Shown here piece after piece: positions 31,491 through 41,860 of a stretch of DNA of 64,000 nucleotides. The notes under the pieces are model-generated. The model did not search any database and had not been told where the DNA came from. It saw only the letters and a list, made by a program, of their open reading frames with translations. The DNA lies in the IMG/VR virus record IMGVR_UViG_3300021255_002539, positions 32,001-96,000 of that record; one strand, given 5' to 3'. The first letter of the stretch is position 1. Every line of letters begins with the position of its first letter. The stretch is from a virus (lineage: Duplodnaviria > Caudoviricetes). Position numbers and translations under genes: made by a program.

Positions 31491-33728
31491 TCAAGCAACC
31501 TCCGTTCCTTGTTCTGCCCTGCCCATCCCTGTCGCATCGTGCTTTGTCACCATGCTCACATAGCTCTCCACGGGGGTTGGCTTCGCCGACGGGGAGTTCG
31601 TCATCCTCTGTATCAGACCACCCAGTTCCCCAATTCCACTTCCAGTGAGACCGAGTACCTTGGACGCCAGTTCGCCAACACCACCCATCGAGGACGATAT
31701 CGTGTTGGACGCGCCAGCAAGGGCAGACGCCATGGTTAATGTGTTCTGCACCTCGTTCTTCGCCTACGTTGTCTGAGCCATCTGTTGTTGTATCTGTTGT
31801 TGTGTTGGTTGCCCACCATCGAACCTGCCCAGAATGCCACCCATGATGTTCCCAGCCTGTCCAACTACATCACCAACCTTCGTGAATGCCGAAGACAGGG
31901 TCTTGTCGAATATGCCACCCAATGCAGTGGAGTTTCCAGTAGCACCACCACCCTGTGGGGACAATGCGTTTGTCACAGTTCCAAATGCCGTCTATACCCC
32001 ACCCGCCAGTCCATTCAGGGCGTTCCCCAATGCAGAGAACAACCCACCAGAAGATCCTTGGTTCTACTACTGGGTGGATTGCTGACCACCTCCACCTACC
32101 ATCCCACCGGTCAATGCGTTGAATGCGGACGAAGCAAGGTCTGCCGCCGCCCCAACCAATCCCTTTGCTGCCCCAGAGGCGACACCCAAGGCACCAGTGG
32201 CAGCATCCGTCACCAGTCCAACCGCACCAGTAGCCAAGTCCACAGCACCACCAATCGCCTTGTCCATGAACGATGGCTCGGCGCCAGGGGCATTCTGCTC
32301 GTTCGCTTGAAATCCCTCTGGTTGTGCAGACGCATTAGCAACCTCCGAACCAGTGTCCAAAACCTCGTTGTGTACATCAGCGACAGCAGCAACATCCCCA
32401 GGAACCTCACCTTGCCCCATTCCAGCCTCCTGCTCTATCGTCTTGTCGTGGAGGTCGCCATTTGGGTCGTTGGTGTCGTTGGCTTGGGCGTCCTTGTTCT
32501 CCCATGGCTCCTGTTGGTCGGGCGTCGTGTTCTACTCACCTTGGTCTGGGGGATTCCCCTCCTCGTTCACATCCATGTTTGAGGTTTGCGTTTCGCCATC
32601 GCCATTCTGGTCAGCATATTCGTCTGGATTGTAGTTGGGATCGTCCTTGTTCTGCCATTCTGGTTCGTCCTCTCCTGGCATGTCACCCTCACCTTGCTGC
32701 TGTGCGTCTTGCTCGTTCTGATACGCCTCGTCGCGCATCTCCTGCAACGCCTCTTGCATCTGCTCCATTTCCTCCTCTGTTGGACCAGTGTCGTCTTGGT
32801 CTGGGTTCTCGTCTTGGTTGTCTTGGGAACCAGACGCCGATGGAGGCGTGGTGAACACGAACGACCTTCTGTTCCCCAGGTTGGCAGAGCCCGAACTGGA
32901 CCCAGCAACATCCCCCATTATGTCCACCAGGCACATGTCGCAGGTCAAGGACAGACTCCTGAGCAAATTGCTGACGCCAGACCCATTCACCTCGAATGCG
33001 TTGTAGTTGGTTGGCTTCACCCCAATGTACTTGTAGGAATAGTACTGATACTCTGCGTCGTTTCTGGATTCCTGGGAACTGGGCATGTCCCTGTACCGCA
33101 TTCTGGGACGCTGAACCTCAAGGGTTGCCATTGGATAGGGGGTCGCCCACTCTGTGTATGCAGCATCTGGCTTGTACCACCATGGGGAGTTGATGTCCTT
33201 CATCCAGGGATAGAACAGGGAATCCAGAATGGAGAACTCGGTGTCGACCATCTGCAGGGTTATCTGTTGCTGACCATCAGACGCATATGGGGAGAACGAG
33301 CCAGCAGCCGTTTTTCCGAACAAAGTGTCAATCTACTCGCCATTCGCGGGCTTAATCTCTGGCAACTGCGCCTGCCGCACAAATGGAGTCAAGTCGATGC
33401 AATTGTATGGCAAGGATGTGTCGTCTGTTCCACTCTGGATTCCCCCCTCGCCCCACAGACTCCAGTTGGTGGCATGGAAATCTGGGGCAGTCTTGTCAAG
33501 CACCGGCCTCCACCCAAACTCCACATATGGACACTATATCAATGTGCCCTGGGCGTCGTGGAACCAGAGGAACACATAATACTCCGGGTCGGTGATGATG
33601 GTATAGTTTGGGACAGTTGGCTGATGAAACTTGTCGAGAAACCGTTCCAACCCTTGGTGTGCATCTCGACCCATCGGGTCCTGATAACCATTGGTCATCA
33701 TCTCCTTGCTGTTGAATATATTCTCCAT
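31491..33728 (-). CDS. Tail-tube-fold (gp54-like) protein with long low-complexity extension, about 745 aa; TAG=Gln
   Basis: Seven TAGs (33534, 33333, 32532, 32067, 32064, 31992, 31764). VRQAQLPEI...ITLQMVDTE...FYPWMKDI...YIGVKPT is tube-like. Late motif at 33738. Confidence 0.7.
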
Positions 33729-33773
33729 CACATTTCGTATTTACCATTTGTGGAGCAAATGGAACAGACAAGC

Positions 33774-33800
33774 AAAAACCGACTTCAACTGGGAAGTCGG
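33774..33800 (-). terminator. Intrinsic terminator
   Basis: CCGACTTC-N6-GAAGTCGG plus U-tract on minus strand. Confidence 0.75.
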
Positions 33801-33838
33801 CCTTTGTCATTTGGATTACTTAATTTGTTGTTGGTCTC

Positions 33839-36556
33839 TCAATCCCCTTCTTCTTCAGAATCTTCGCCGTCCTTCATCTTGATTTCAAGGTTCTGACTCC
33901 AAGCATGTGGATCGCATCCGAACATGTCAAGGATGGTCGGGAAGTCATATGCGAATGCATCGTTTATCGCAGTAAGATCCCGAATTTCCATGTCCTCAAT
34001 CATCTGCATGACGAAATCCTCGTCAAACAGCTCAGATTCAAGCAACTCGCGGAGATTCTCGCGCCCTTGTCCCCAAAGCATCTCGGAGAGTTTCCATGGA
34101 TTGTCAATTTCCTGTTCTATCGTCATTTCTGTCACCTCTTTCTTGTTGTTATAGGGGTCTGCCACCTTGTGGGAAACCAATCCCATGTCAGCCGCATCCA
34201 TATCTGTTTCGGATGCACCACCCATTATTACTGCTGCATCTGCGTCGGTCATTTCCTTCTTGTTCTCCTTGTCAGAACCAGTAACGAGCGTCTTGGTCTC
34301 GCCATCCTTCTTGTACTTCTTCTCCCCACCCTTCACTTCGTCGGGCTTCTGAACATCACTCTCGTCCAAAGAACAGGGTTTGTATTGCAAGTCGTCGGAA
34401 GTAACGATGCCAACAACCTCTTGGTTGAATTTATCGAACTCAGACTTGTCCTGGATGTGCTTTCTGGCAAAAGACCACGAGCCATCTTCCTTGTCAAGTA
34501 TTATGTATTGGTCGTAGCCATCCTTTTTCGCGGTTTTCTTGGCATTGTCCACAACCTTTCTCTGCTCCGGGGTCATCTTGATAGAACCTTCAAGCGTCAC
34601 TGGCTTCTCGGTATCAACGAAAGAACCATCCTTCTTGAACTGCTCGACATCTAGATCAAGGGCAGAGACAATCCACCAGAAATCCCGAATGGCGTCGTTC
34701 AACTCCACCTTCGTTGGGGATTCCGCTCCAAATCTCGAGTTAATCGCGTCCATTATCTCGTCCTCTGTTCGGACATGGGAGTTGATGAGGTCAGTGAGGT
34801 TCTTGTTCGCGTCAGGATCGTCAAGGAGGTCAAGCACCTCCCAAACATCGTTTGCGTCAACGACTACGGACGCTTCGTTCATTTGCTGGGATTCGCTATA
34901 CTCAGAATTCCCCTCGTAGATGTCCTTGACGAGATCATACACGCTCTTGGAAATCCCCTTTGCTGGGGCGAATTCGTCTTCGTCGTTGCTTCCAACTGCC
35001 CACTTCACCACAACTTCCCTTGGATTGAGTTTCTTGACGGAGGAGGCCAGTCCCTTCATCTCAATGTACTCCAGAACCCGCTTTGGCACAATGCCCACTA
35101 TGTTCAACCCACTGTCCTCGCTCTCCAAATGGGATATCTCCTCGGCAATGTAGTCCATCAGGTCGTCAGCTTCGTATTGCGTGAAGTTCAAGGTCCTCGT
35201 GGTGGATTTCCCATCCCAGTCAGATTCAAGGGTCACATGCTTCTCGGAATCAACAGCGCCGGCGGTTTCCTTGAATATTCCCTTGTATGGATTTCTGGGG
35301 TAGAGGACAGGATACACTTTCTTCACTTCAAGTCCTTCCTTCTCAGCAAGTTCTTTGGCCTTTGCCTTTGCCTCATCCTTACCACACTTGAACTTCTTCT
35401 CGGTGCCATCAGAAAGCACAACACACCACACAGTCGCCTTGGCTTCGTTCATCTGCTTGGATTCGTTGTATTCCTCCACCCTGACATCATCAACCCAGAC
35501 ATCCTCGCCATCCTTCTCCAGATGGTATTCAAAGGTATTGACATCGCAGCCAATAACCTTCCAGCCATCCTGCATCTCGTCGTTCTCGTCCTTCCAGGAG
35601 ACAATCTCGCCAATGCCATATTCGGGATACCAGGACTCCTTATATTCCACTGGATCAGAATCACGGGGTCTTATCTCCCAACCAGGAACCTCTTTCTTAT
35701 CACCGTTCTTCTGTCCAATAACGAAAAGATTGTCATATGAAGTCTCATCTTCTGCCTTTGGCATCTCCAAGATCTTCCAAACACTTTCCTCGCCAGAATC
35801 AGGATCCGTCCAAATCACCCACATTCCCTTTTCAAATCCACCATCGTTGTAGGAGTCCTCATCGTCCCAATTGATTGGATCATCGTCAGATTCCCCAACC
35901 TCCATTCCAACAATGTCTTTCATGGGAACCCAATCGGATCCACCTCTCTCGTTTGTCGTCTTCTTCATAGTGTCATATACCTCTTTAGTTTCGCAATATG
36001 GATTCACGAAATTCACGATGTCCTTCACCTTGTTGGCAATCTCGCCAATGTGCTGAATGGCGAAGTCGAAGTCCTTGTTCATCTCGTCTTCTTCTACCTT
36101 GTCAGCTTCCTCGTAGTCTTCTTTGACTTGTTCAAATTCCTCAAGCACAACCTCGTTGTTGTCCCCAGAAGCTTCCTTGTCGCCAGCCTTCATTATCTCG
36201 GCCATCAAGTCGTCAATCTTCTGGTTGAATTCAGATACGCTGACCTTTGGCATCTTCCCATCAGTCACCTTCCCAAGTACCTCGAAGAACGCCCTCCACC
36301 AATTATACATCTTCTTCTTGACATCGGGGTTCTGGTCGTCTGATGCACAAAGCACCTTGTCAAAGCACTCGGTCGGGGGAATTTCCATTGTCTGCCCCAA
36401 CGAGTTCAGGGCATCCATCAACTTGAATTGGAAGTCCCTGGGGGTGTCCTGCAATGCGTCGAACATCTACGAGAACTCAAGGGAATTGTCCAATGTCTTG
36501 AGCTGAATAATGTTCTTTAGAGAGCCATCTATGGTTTCGGTGAATTTCGTCTTCAT
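33839..36556 (-). CDS. Large acidic multidomain late protein (putative internal head protein), 905 aa; TAG=Gln
   Basis: ATG 36556 lies 8 nt after the late motif; one TAG at 36467; repeated hydrophobic-X-E-(S/A) motifs between domains. Confidence 0.7.
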
Positions 36557-36567
36557 GGTAGTAGTAT

Positions 36568-37002
36568 TTACAATTTCCCGCCAAAAAGCGAGCCTATGTA
36601 TTCAAGCAAGTTTGGCCCGATGTTGGTTTTGCTTTGGATCTTGTCCAGTTCATGGACCTTGATTTGCATTTCAAAGCGATTGTCGGACAATTTCTGCACG
36701 CTGAACCTCGTGATGTACCACGCCAGACTGTCGTCGAACAATTTGCCCACCACATCGTCCTTGTTGTAGTACCCTGAACTGTCAAACCAAGCTTCCCCAT
36801 ACCGTATCTCCACGAAGACAAGACGACTGTTGCCAATATGTGCCATTGCGTCCTTCAGGCACTCAAGCACCTTGGATTCGCATTGGTACGTGGAGAATAT
36901 CCTGTTGTACCTGTTCACCTCGCCTCCTCCACGAACGATATAATTATCGTCCTTGAACTCAATTCCTGGGAACCGTTCTCTATTGTGTTGAGTCTGATTC
37001 AT
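36568..37002 (-). CDS. Hypothetical protein
   Basis: ATGA-coupled operon. Confidence 0.6.
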   Translation of the reverse strand: MNQTQHNRERFPGIEFKDDNYIVRGGGEVNRYNRIFSTYQCESKVLECLKDAMAHIGNSRLVFVEIRYGEAWFDSSGYYNKDDVVGKLFDDSLAWYITRFSVQKLSDNRFEMQIKVHELDKIQSKTNIGPNLLEYIGSLFGGKL

Positions 37003-37325
37003 GAAAGAAATTTCCTATATCTTGATATGCAATCCACAAACTCTGGGGTGATGTTTGTGCAACCATCTTTAGAATCCACCAAGTATAAGTTGTATCCATA
37101 CAATCTCCCATTGTTGGACATTCTGTACTTGAATGCGTGGTCTATCGTCTTGGACATGGATGCATCGAACAAATATCCCATCAAATCATCTATATCAGAT
37201 GGCAAGATGAACTTCTTGTTGGGTATCCTGTATCCACCAACCTCCACTACCAGGTCAATGTGTCTTGGCAAGTCTGAGGCGACGAAAACCTCGCCAATCT
37301 TGTCTATGTTCAAAATCCCAATCAT
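36999..37325 (-). CDS. Hypothetical protein
   Basis: ATGA-coupled; SD GGGGAG. Confidence 0.6.
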   Translation of the reverse strand: MIGILNIDKIGEVFVASDLPRHIDLVVEVGGYRIPNKKFILPSDIDDLMGYLFDASMSKTIDHAFKYRMSNNGRLYGYNLYLVDSKDGCTNITPEFVDCISRYRKFLS

Positions 37326-37831
37326 GTCTCCCCACCATTCATGTACTTCTCCAACATTTCCCAGGGGTCTTCTGGAGGAATGCAACAAATGGGAACACCA
37401 TCAGAATATCCCTTGAACTCGTACTCAATCCTGTTTCTTCCCATTGGGAACGCCAGTCTATCCAACCCATCTCTGGTAAACGCCACCTCAAGGAACTTCA
37501 TCAAACGGGGAGTTATGTTGGTGCTGTGATCCTCAGAATCCCGAAGTCCAAATGTATATCCAATTATTGGGAATTGACTGCCATTATAGGACTTCTTGCC
37601 AATACGAGAAGCAAGTTCATCCACCCCCAATCGTCTGGCCCTCACAACCACGATGTTCTTGGTCAAGGAATAGTCGAACAATACCTTGAACATATCATCC
37701 CAATATTCCTCTGAGAAGCACAACATCTTCTTGCCTCCGGAAAGGTCTATGACATCCAATGTCAGGAAATCTGCTGTCTCGCCAGTGATAATATCCCCCT
37801 TGATTATGTCAATTATCTCTCGGTCGGTCAT
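37322..37831 (-). CDS. Hypothetical protein
   Basis: ATGA-coupled; SD GAGGA. Confidence 0.6.
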   Translation of the reverse strand: MTDREIIDIIKGDIITGETADFLTLDVIDLSGGKKMLCFSEEYWDDMFKVLFDYSLTKNIVVVRARRLGVDELASRIGKKSYNGSQFPIIGYTFGLRDSEDHSTNITPRLMKFLEVAFTRDGLDRLAFPMGRNRIEYEFKGYSDGVPICCIPPEDPWEMLEKYMNGGET

Positions 37832-38298
37832 GTATCCTCACTTCTCTGGCACATCTTGTTCGCCAATGCCTCAACCAGGTCGGCATCCATGTTGCTTGCG
37901 CCCCCATTCCTATAGTCCACTGGGGTCACGACGACATCATACGAGACCAATAGGGAAGTTGTGCGCACACCTATCTTGTATATGTTGTATCGCAAGGACA
38001 GATCCATGAACACACCCATCAACCCACCCATGTCAGTGTCAATGCACTTGAGTCTGTGCGTTATCATATTATATTCGGGATCCCAAGAATAGGGCAGAAG
38101 ACTGCCAATGGAAATACACATCCTCTCGTTGGTGTATATGCCATTGTCGAAGTCCTCTAGTTCGTGTTCTGACTCCGCCTCGAATATCTCCACCACTGCC
38201 ATTGGATATCGGGTATTTCTGCTGAGCCAATGGGGGTTGAACTTCAGAAACTCCCCAATTGGCATGGGTCTTTGGCTATAGGTCTTTGGGTATCCCAT
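37828..38298 (-). CDS. Hypothetical protein
   Basis: ORF in operon. Confidence 0.6.
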   Translation of the reverse strand: MGYPKTYSQRPMPIGEFLKFNPHWLSRNTRYPMAVVEIFEAESEHELEDFDNGIYTNERMCISIGSLLPYSWDPEYNMITHRLKCIDTDMGGLMGVFMDLSLRYNIYKIGVRTTSLLVSYDVVVTPVDYRNGGASNMDADLVEALANKMCQRSEDT

Positions 38299-38614
38299 CT
38301 ACAATCCCCTTATTTCCAAACGAGTCCATCAACGCCTCCACCACATCCCCAAAGATGTTGGTCTGGTGGTTGCTGTTCAATTCGAGATATATGTTCAACA
38401 GGGATATCATTGCGGAGGTTGAATTTCTCTGCACATCCACAATCTCCCAGCTCTTTAGGTTCAAGTCATACAATTTGACTGCCAGTATATTGGCATACCT
38501 CCTGTAGAACATTTGGCGAAAGTAAAAGTCTTTACCCACGAAATGAAGGTAAATCACATCTACGTCCCTTCCAATCTCGCGGATTGACTTGGCTATGTCC
38601 TCTGATGTCTTCAT
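38276..38614 (-). CDS. Hypothetical protein (apparent TAG stop)
   Basis: Ends at TAG; read-through would overlap the next gene by about 230 nt. Confidence 0.55.
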   Translation of the reverse strand: MKTSEDIAKSIREIGRDVDVIYLHFVGKDFYFRQMFYRRYANILAVKLYDLNLKSWEIVDVQRNSTSAMISLLNIYLELNSNHQTNIFGDVVEALMDSFGNKGIVDGIPKDL

Positions 38615-38615
38615 G

Positions 38616-39263
38616 TCACGGTGCATATAGTATCGTGGGGTTGTCGTGGAGAACAGCAACCTCGCCATCGTCAGAAAGATGCTCTGCTTGCTTGAACTTG
38701 TTGAACATCTGCAGGTCGAAGGGCTTGGTGATGAGATGGGTTCCGGTTCTAGTTGGTATCACCGCGACCACCTTCTTGTTCTGCTCGTCGTCATAGGGTT
38801 TGCAGTAGTTTCGGATGATGCTCATGGCCACCTGGACCTTGTTGCTGTCGGGTCCAAAGTCGTCTATGTCAACCAGCCAAGTCTTGTCCTCCTTGTGACC
38901 TTCAGGGAACCGACCTATGACCGAGTTGATTTCGTTGTAGGTGTTCCCAAACTGCTCTCCCTTCCTCGCCTTTTCCAGCGTCTCCTGGGCATACGCCATC
39001 GCAATCGTCTTGTAGTTGCGCTTGTTGAGACGGATGTACGCACGGGCGTTCGTCTCGTTGCAGCGGCGAATTACATCCTCCTTGATTTCGTCAAGCATCT
39101 CGGGGGATGTGATGTGGTAGTCCCTCACTAGACGATGTTGGTTGTCGGAGCCAGCAGGAACATCGTTGCCATCCTTCTTCCTGAGCAATAGTTGCAGGAA
39201 ATAGAAGTCCTGATGGTCGGTGAACTTGAGCAGGGGCTTGATTATGTCGAAGTTGTCTACCAT
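38616..39263 (-). CDS. Conserved phage protein with AEP/primase-like DxD and H motifs
   Basis: FYFLQLLLRKKD, RAYIRLNKR, WLVDIDD, IPTRTGTHLITKPF; SD AGGAGG. Confidence 0.6.
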   Translation of the reverse strand: MVDNFDIIKPLLKFTDHQDFYFLQLLLRKKDGNDVPAGSDNQHRLVRDYHITSPEMLDEIKEDVIRRCNETNARAYIRLNKRNYKTIAMAYAQETLEKARKGEQFGNTYNEINSVIGRFPEGHKEDKTWLVDIDDFGPDSNKVQVAMSIIRNYCKPYDDEQNKKVVAVIPTRTGTHLITKPFDLQMFNKFKQAEHLSDDGEVAVLHDNPTILYAP

Positions 39264-39286
39264 TGCGTGTTCCTCCTCCTTTTCAG

Positions 39287-39988
39287 TTAAACCTCGCCGT
39301 TCGCGTATGCAGCCCCAATGTCAGACTTCATTGTAGTAATCCTGTTTAGGATCTCCTTGTCTTGACCCAATATTGAGGATATGGCTTCCTTGAGGCAATC
39401 CTTGCAGACATTGGCGTTCTTCCAATCCTCGTCTACCCAGTCCTTGAGCCTGAAATACCCAAACGGCGATTTGGGAAGATTGCCAAAGTAGGTTTCAAAG
39501 GCAGGTGTCTTTGCATACTGCTCGTATCCAAAGGAAGGGAATTTGCCCCCATCGTAAAAATGGAAGAACCTGTACTTGACACACTCCATGTCTGGGCCCG
39601 TATTGCGTTCGTTCTCCACATCGCGTTCATGCGTGATCCAAAACACGCGCTTCTGCTCCAGATTGTAGAAGAACTTGATCCCCAGTGGAATCCAGATGGA
39701 TATGCACTTCGGGTCGGTGCTATACCCAAGAACGGAATTGTATTCGTTCATGAGGGCATAGGCGCACTTGTTCGACTGAACCCACTTCCAATCGGGGTTG
39801 TAGAAGATGTCAAGATTGTCCTCGATGAACTTGGACATCTCAAGGAACAGCTTTATTGTATCCTCGCGACGGGCGACGCAATAGTCTGAGACATCGCTGA
39901 AGTTTGTCTGCTCAACTTCCTTGCGGACTCTCCTGATTTCGTCCAGCCACGAATTGACGCTGATTTGATCTTCCTTGTCGAATGCCAT
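39287..39988 (-). CDS. Hypothetical protein
   Basis: SD AAGGAG; no TAG. Confidence 0.65.
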   Translation of the reverse strand: MAFDKEDQISVNSWLDEIRRVRKEVEQTNFSDVSDYCVARREDTIKLFLEMSKFIEDNLDIFYNPDWKWVQSNKCAYALMNEYNSVLGYSTDPKCISIWIPLGIKFFYNLEQKRVFWITHERDVENERNTGPDMECVKYRFFHFYDGGKFPSFGYEQYAKTPAFETYFGNLPKSPFGYFRLKDWVDEDWKNANVCKDCLKEAISSILGQDKEILNRITTMKSDIGAAYANGEV

Positions 39989-40005
39989 GTTCAGTCTCCT
40001 TGTCA

Positions 40006-40281
40006 TCAGCCTATGAGGTTTTCCATGGATATGTCAAGCATGTCGCAGTACTCGTCGAAGCCCATGCCCTCCTTCTTGGCGCAGAACTCCACGAAGCCCT
40101 TGCTTGCAGATGTGTAGAGGAACCGATATGCCTCGTCCAAGTATTCGTCTTGAGGGATCTTCCCATACGAATTCAACTCGTCAGCTCTCCAATACTCCTT
40201 CCAATACTTGAAGGCAGCAACCCTCTGGCGCACCTCCACGAATATGTCTTTGTATTGCATTTGTTTCCCTTCCATATTCAC
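40006..40281 (-). CDS. Hypothetical early protein
   Basis: Coupled ORF. Confidence 0.55.
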   Translation of the reverse strand: MNMEGKQMQYKDIFVEVRQRVAAFKYWKEYWRADELNSYGKIPQDEYLDEAYRFLYTSASKGFVEFCAKKEGMGFDEYCDMLDISMENLIG

Positions 40282-40496
40282 TTGATTGTTATTTCAAGCG
40301 AACCGTAGTCCTTCAGCTCATGAAACTCCATGTGGTAGGCAGCCGTCTCATGGGCAGAACCATAATAGTCACCCTCCACATAGTAGAAGTCGAGGGCGCG
40401 GTCCTTCGGGAACTTCTGAAGAAACTCGATCATTTCCCCCACGGTGCCAGGGATGGGCATTTCTTTCTTCTTGTCATCCATAACTACCTCCTTCAT
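40278..40496 (-). CDS. Small phage protein (TVGEMIEFLQKFP type)
   Basis: Coupled ORF, common motif. Confidence 0.55.
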   Translation of the reverse strand: MKEVVMDDKKKEMPIPGTVGEMIEFLQKFPKDRALDFYYVEGDYYGSAHETAAYHMEFHELKDYGSLEITIK

Positions 40497-40726
40497 TTCT
40501 TGGGCTTATAGTCAAAGGTAGAGGCATGAACATCCTCAAACCCCCTATCAATGGCTTCGGCTTTTGCAATCTTCATCACATCCTTCACATCCTCCGGGTC
40601 AATGGGGGCTGCGTCATGAAGATAGTTGAGCAGAAAGTATCTAATGACATTCCCTGACCTATCATATGCCGCATGGACATACATGGGATATCTACCGTAA
40701 GAAGTAACCTTAATAACCTTTTTCAT
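40493..40726 (-). CDS. Hypothetical early protein
   Basis: SD GGGAG after early promoter. Confidence 0.55.
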   Translation of the reverse strand: MKKVIKVTSYGRYPMYVHAAYDRSGNVIRYFLLNYLHDAAPIDPEDVKDVMKIAKAEAIDRGFEDVHASTFDYKPKK

Positions 40727-40766
40727 TTGTTATGCTCCCTATAGTCTTGTTTCTCACAACACCTAT

Positions 40767-40796
40767 ATTATAGCATAATCAGACTTCGGATGTCAA
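40767..40796 (-). promoter_or_regulatory. Early sigma70-type promoter
   Basis: TTGACA-18-TATAAT with extended -10; flanks resemble the promoter at 17304. Confidence 0.78.
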
Positions 40797-40803
40797 TACC
40801 CCT

Positions 40804-40835
40804 AAAAAGAAAAAGACCCCAACTAAATGGGGTCT
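40804..40835 (-). terminator. Intrinsic terminator
   Basis: AGACCCCA-N6-TGGGGTCT plus long U-tract. Confidence 0.75.
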
Positions 40836-40868
40836 CTTCTGCTCAATCGGCATGGTGAGTTGCGTGTA

Positions 40869-41426
40869 TCAAGCCATTGCCCAGGAAATGGTGAAGTGGT
40901 AGTTGATCGTGCCAACATCCTTGCCATAGGGTGGCGTTGTGGTCTCCTTCATGTCCACCTTGAATCCCCTGGTGGCATACCAGTCGATGATGTGGTTCAC
41001 ATTCACCCAGTCGTTGGGGAGGACGCGGAACTGCACATTGGTGGAGTATCCACCCTGACGGGTCTCGTCAAAGATCTTCTTGTTGATCGACCTCACATAT
41101 TCCTCGATGCTGGGGTCTTCCATCTTGGATGACTCCTCGTGGCACATCTTCGCGTCAATCTTGAGGTTGTAGCATGCCTCGGCGAACTGCTTGGTCTCTG
41201 GGGAGATGCCATCACCGTCTGCCTTTGACTTGTTCTCTGCCTTTGGCGCTGCCTTCTTGCCCTGACCCTTTGGCCTCCCAGCTGACTTCTTGGATACTGG
41301 AGTCTTGATTGGATTGCCCTTGGTGTCTGCAAGCGCGTTGTTGAGGGCAGCGGCGATCTTGTCCTTGTCCTCTGTCATGGCCCTTCTGATTTCGGCCGCA
41401 TTCTTCTCGTTGTTGTCTGTTGCCAT
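40869..41426 (-). CDS. Hypothetical protein with basic K/A-rich N-terminus
   Basis: SD AAAGGAAA; KKSAGRPK AT-hook-like motif. Confidence 0.65.
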   Translation of the reverse strand: MATDNNEKNAAEIRRAMTEDKDKIAAALNNALADTKGNPIKTPVSKKSAGRPKGQGKKAAPKAENKSKADGDGISPETKQFAEACYNLKIDAKMCHEESSKMEDPSIEEYVRSINKKIFDETRQGGYSTNVQFRVLPNDWVNVNHIIDWYATRGFKVDMKETTTPPYGKDVGTINYHFTISWAMA

Positions 41427-41441
41427 TTGTCGTTTCCTTTG

Positions 41442-41747
41442 TTATGTTGAAAAACCCCTGCCCATGTCCTTGAATGTGTCGTCTGACTCGAACTCGAAGT
41501 CCTCGTCAACAGGATCGTCGTCGTGCGCAGGATTCCTGTAAAGCGCGTTCCAGGATTCAACTGCGAAATCTGGCGTGTACTCTGTCGGACCCCTTGCTCC
41601 ACAGCACTCGCACTCCATCTGCCATAGGTTGTGTTCCTCGGTGGAGCCATCTTCGTACCTGGTGTTCACGACATCATGCAGAAGACGATGCCCGTGGTGG
41701 CCACAGAATGGACAAAACCGAACCTTTGCTGTTTTTGTGTTGGACAT
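41442..41747 (-). CDS. Lar-like (restriction alleviation) zinc-ribbon protein
   Basis: FCPFCG...CECCGARGP...AVESWN; early promoter TTTACT-18-TATAAT at 41778-41807. Confidence 0.7.
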   Translation of the reverse strand: MSNTKTAKVRFCPFCGHHGHRLLHDVVNTRYEDGSTEEHNLWQMECECCGARGPTEYTPDFAVESWNALYRNPAHDDDPVDEDFEFESDDTFKDMGRGFST

Positions 41748-41860
41748 GGTATATGTATGTTCTCCTCTACTCACACAATTATACGACATATGAGGGGGAA
41801 AAGTAAAGCCGATGGGAAATACCCACCGGCTCCATTATATCGTCCAACTGTCTCTTTGTA

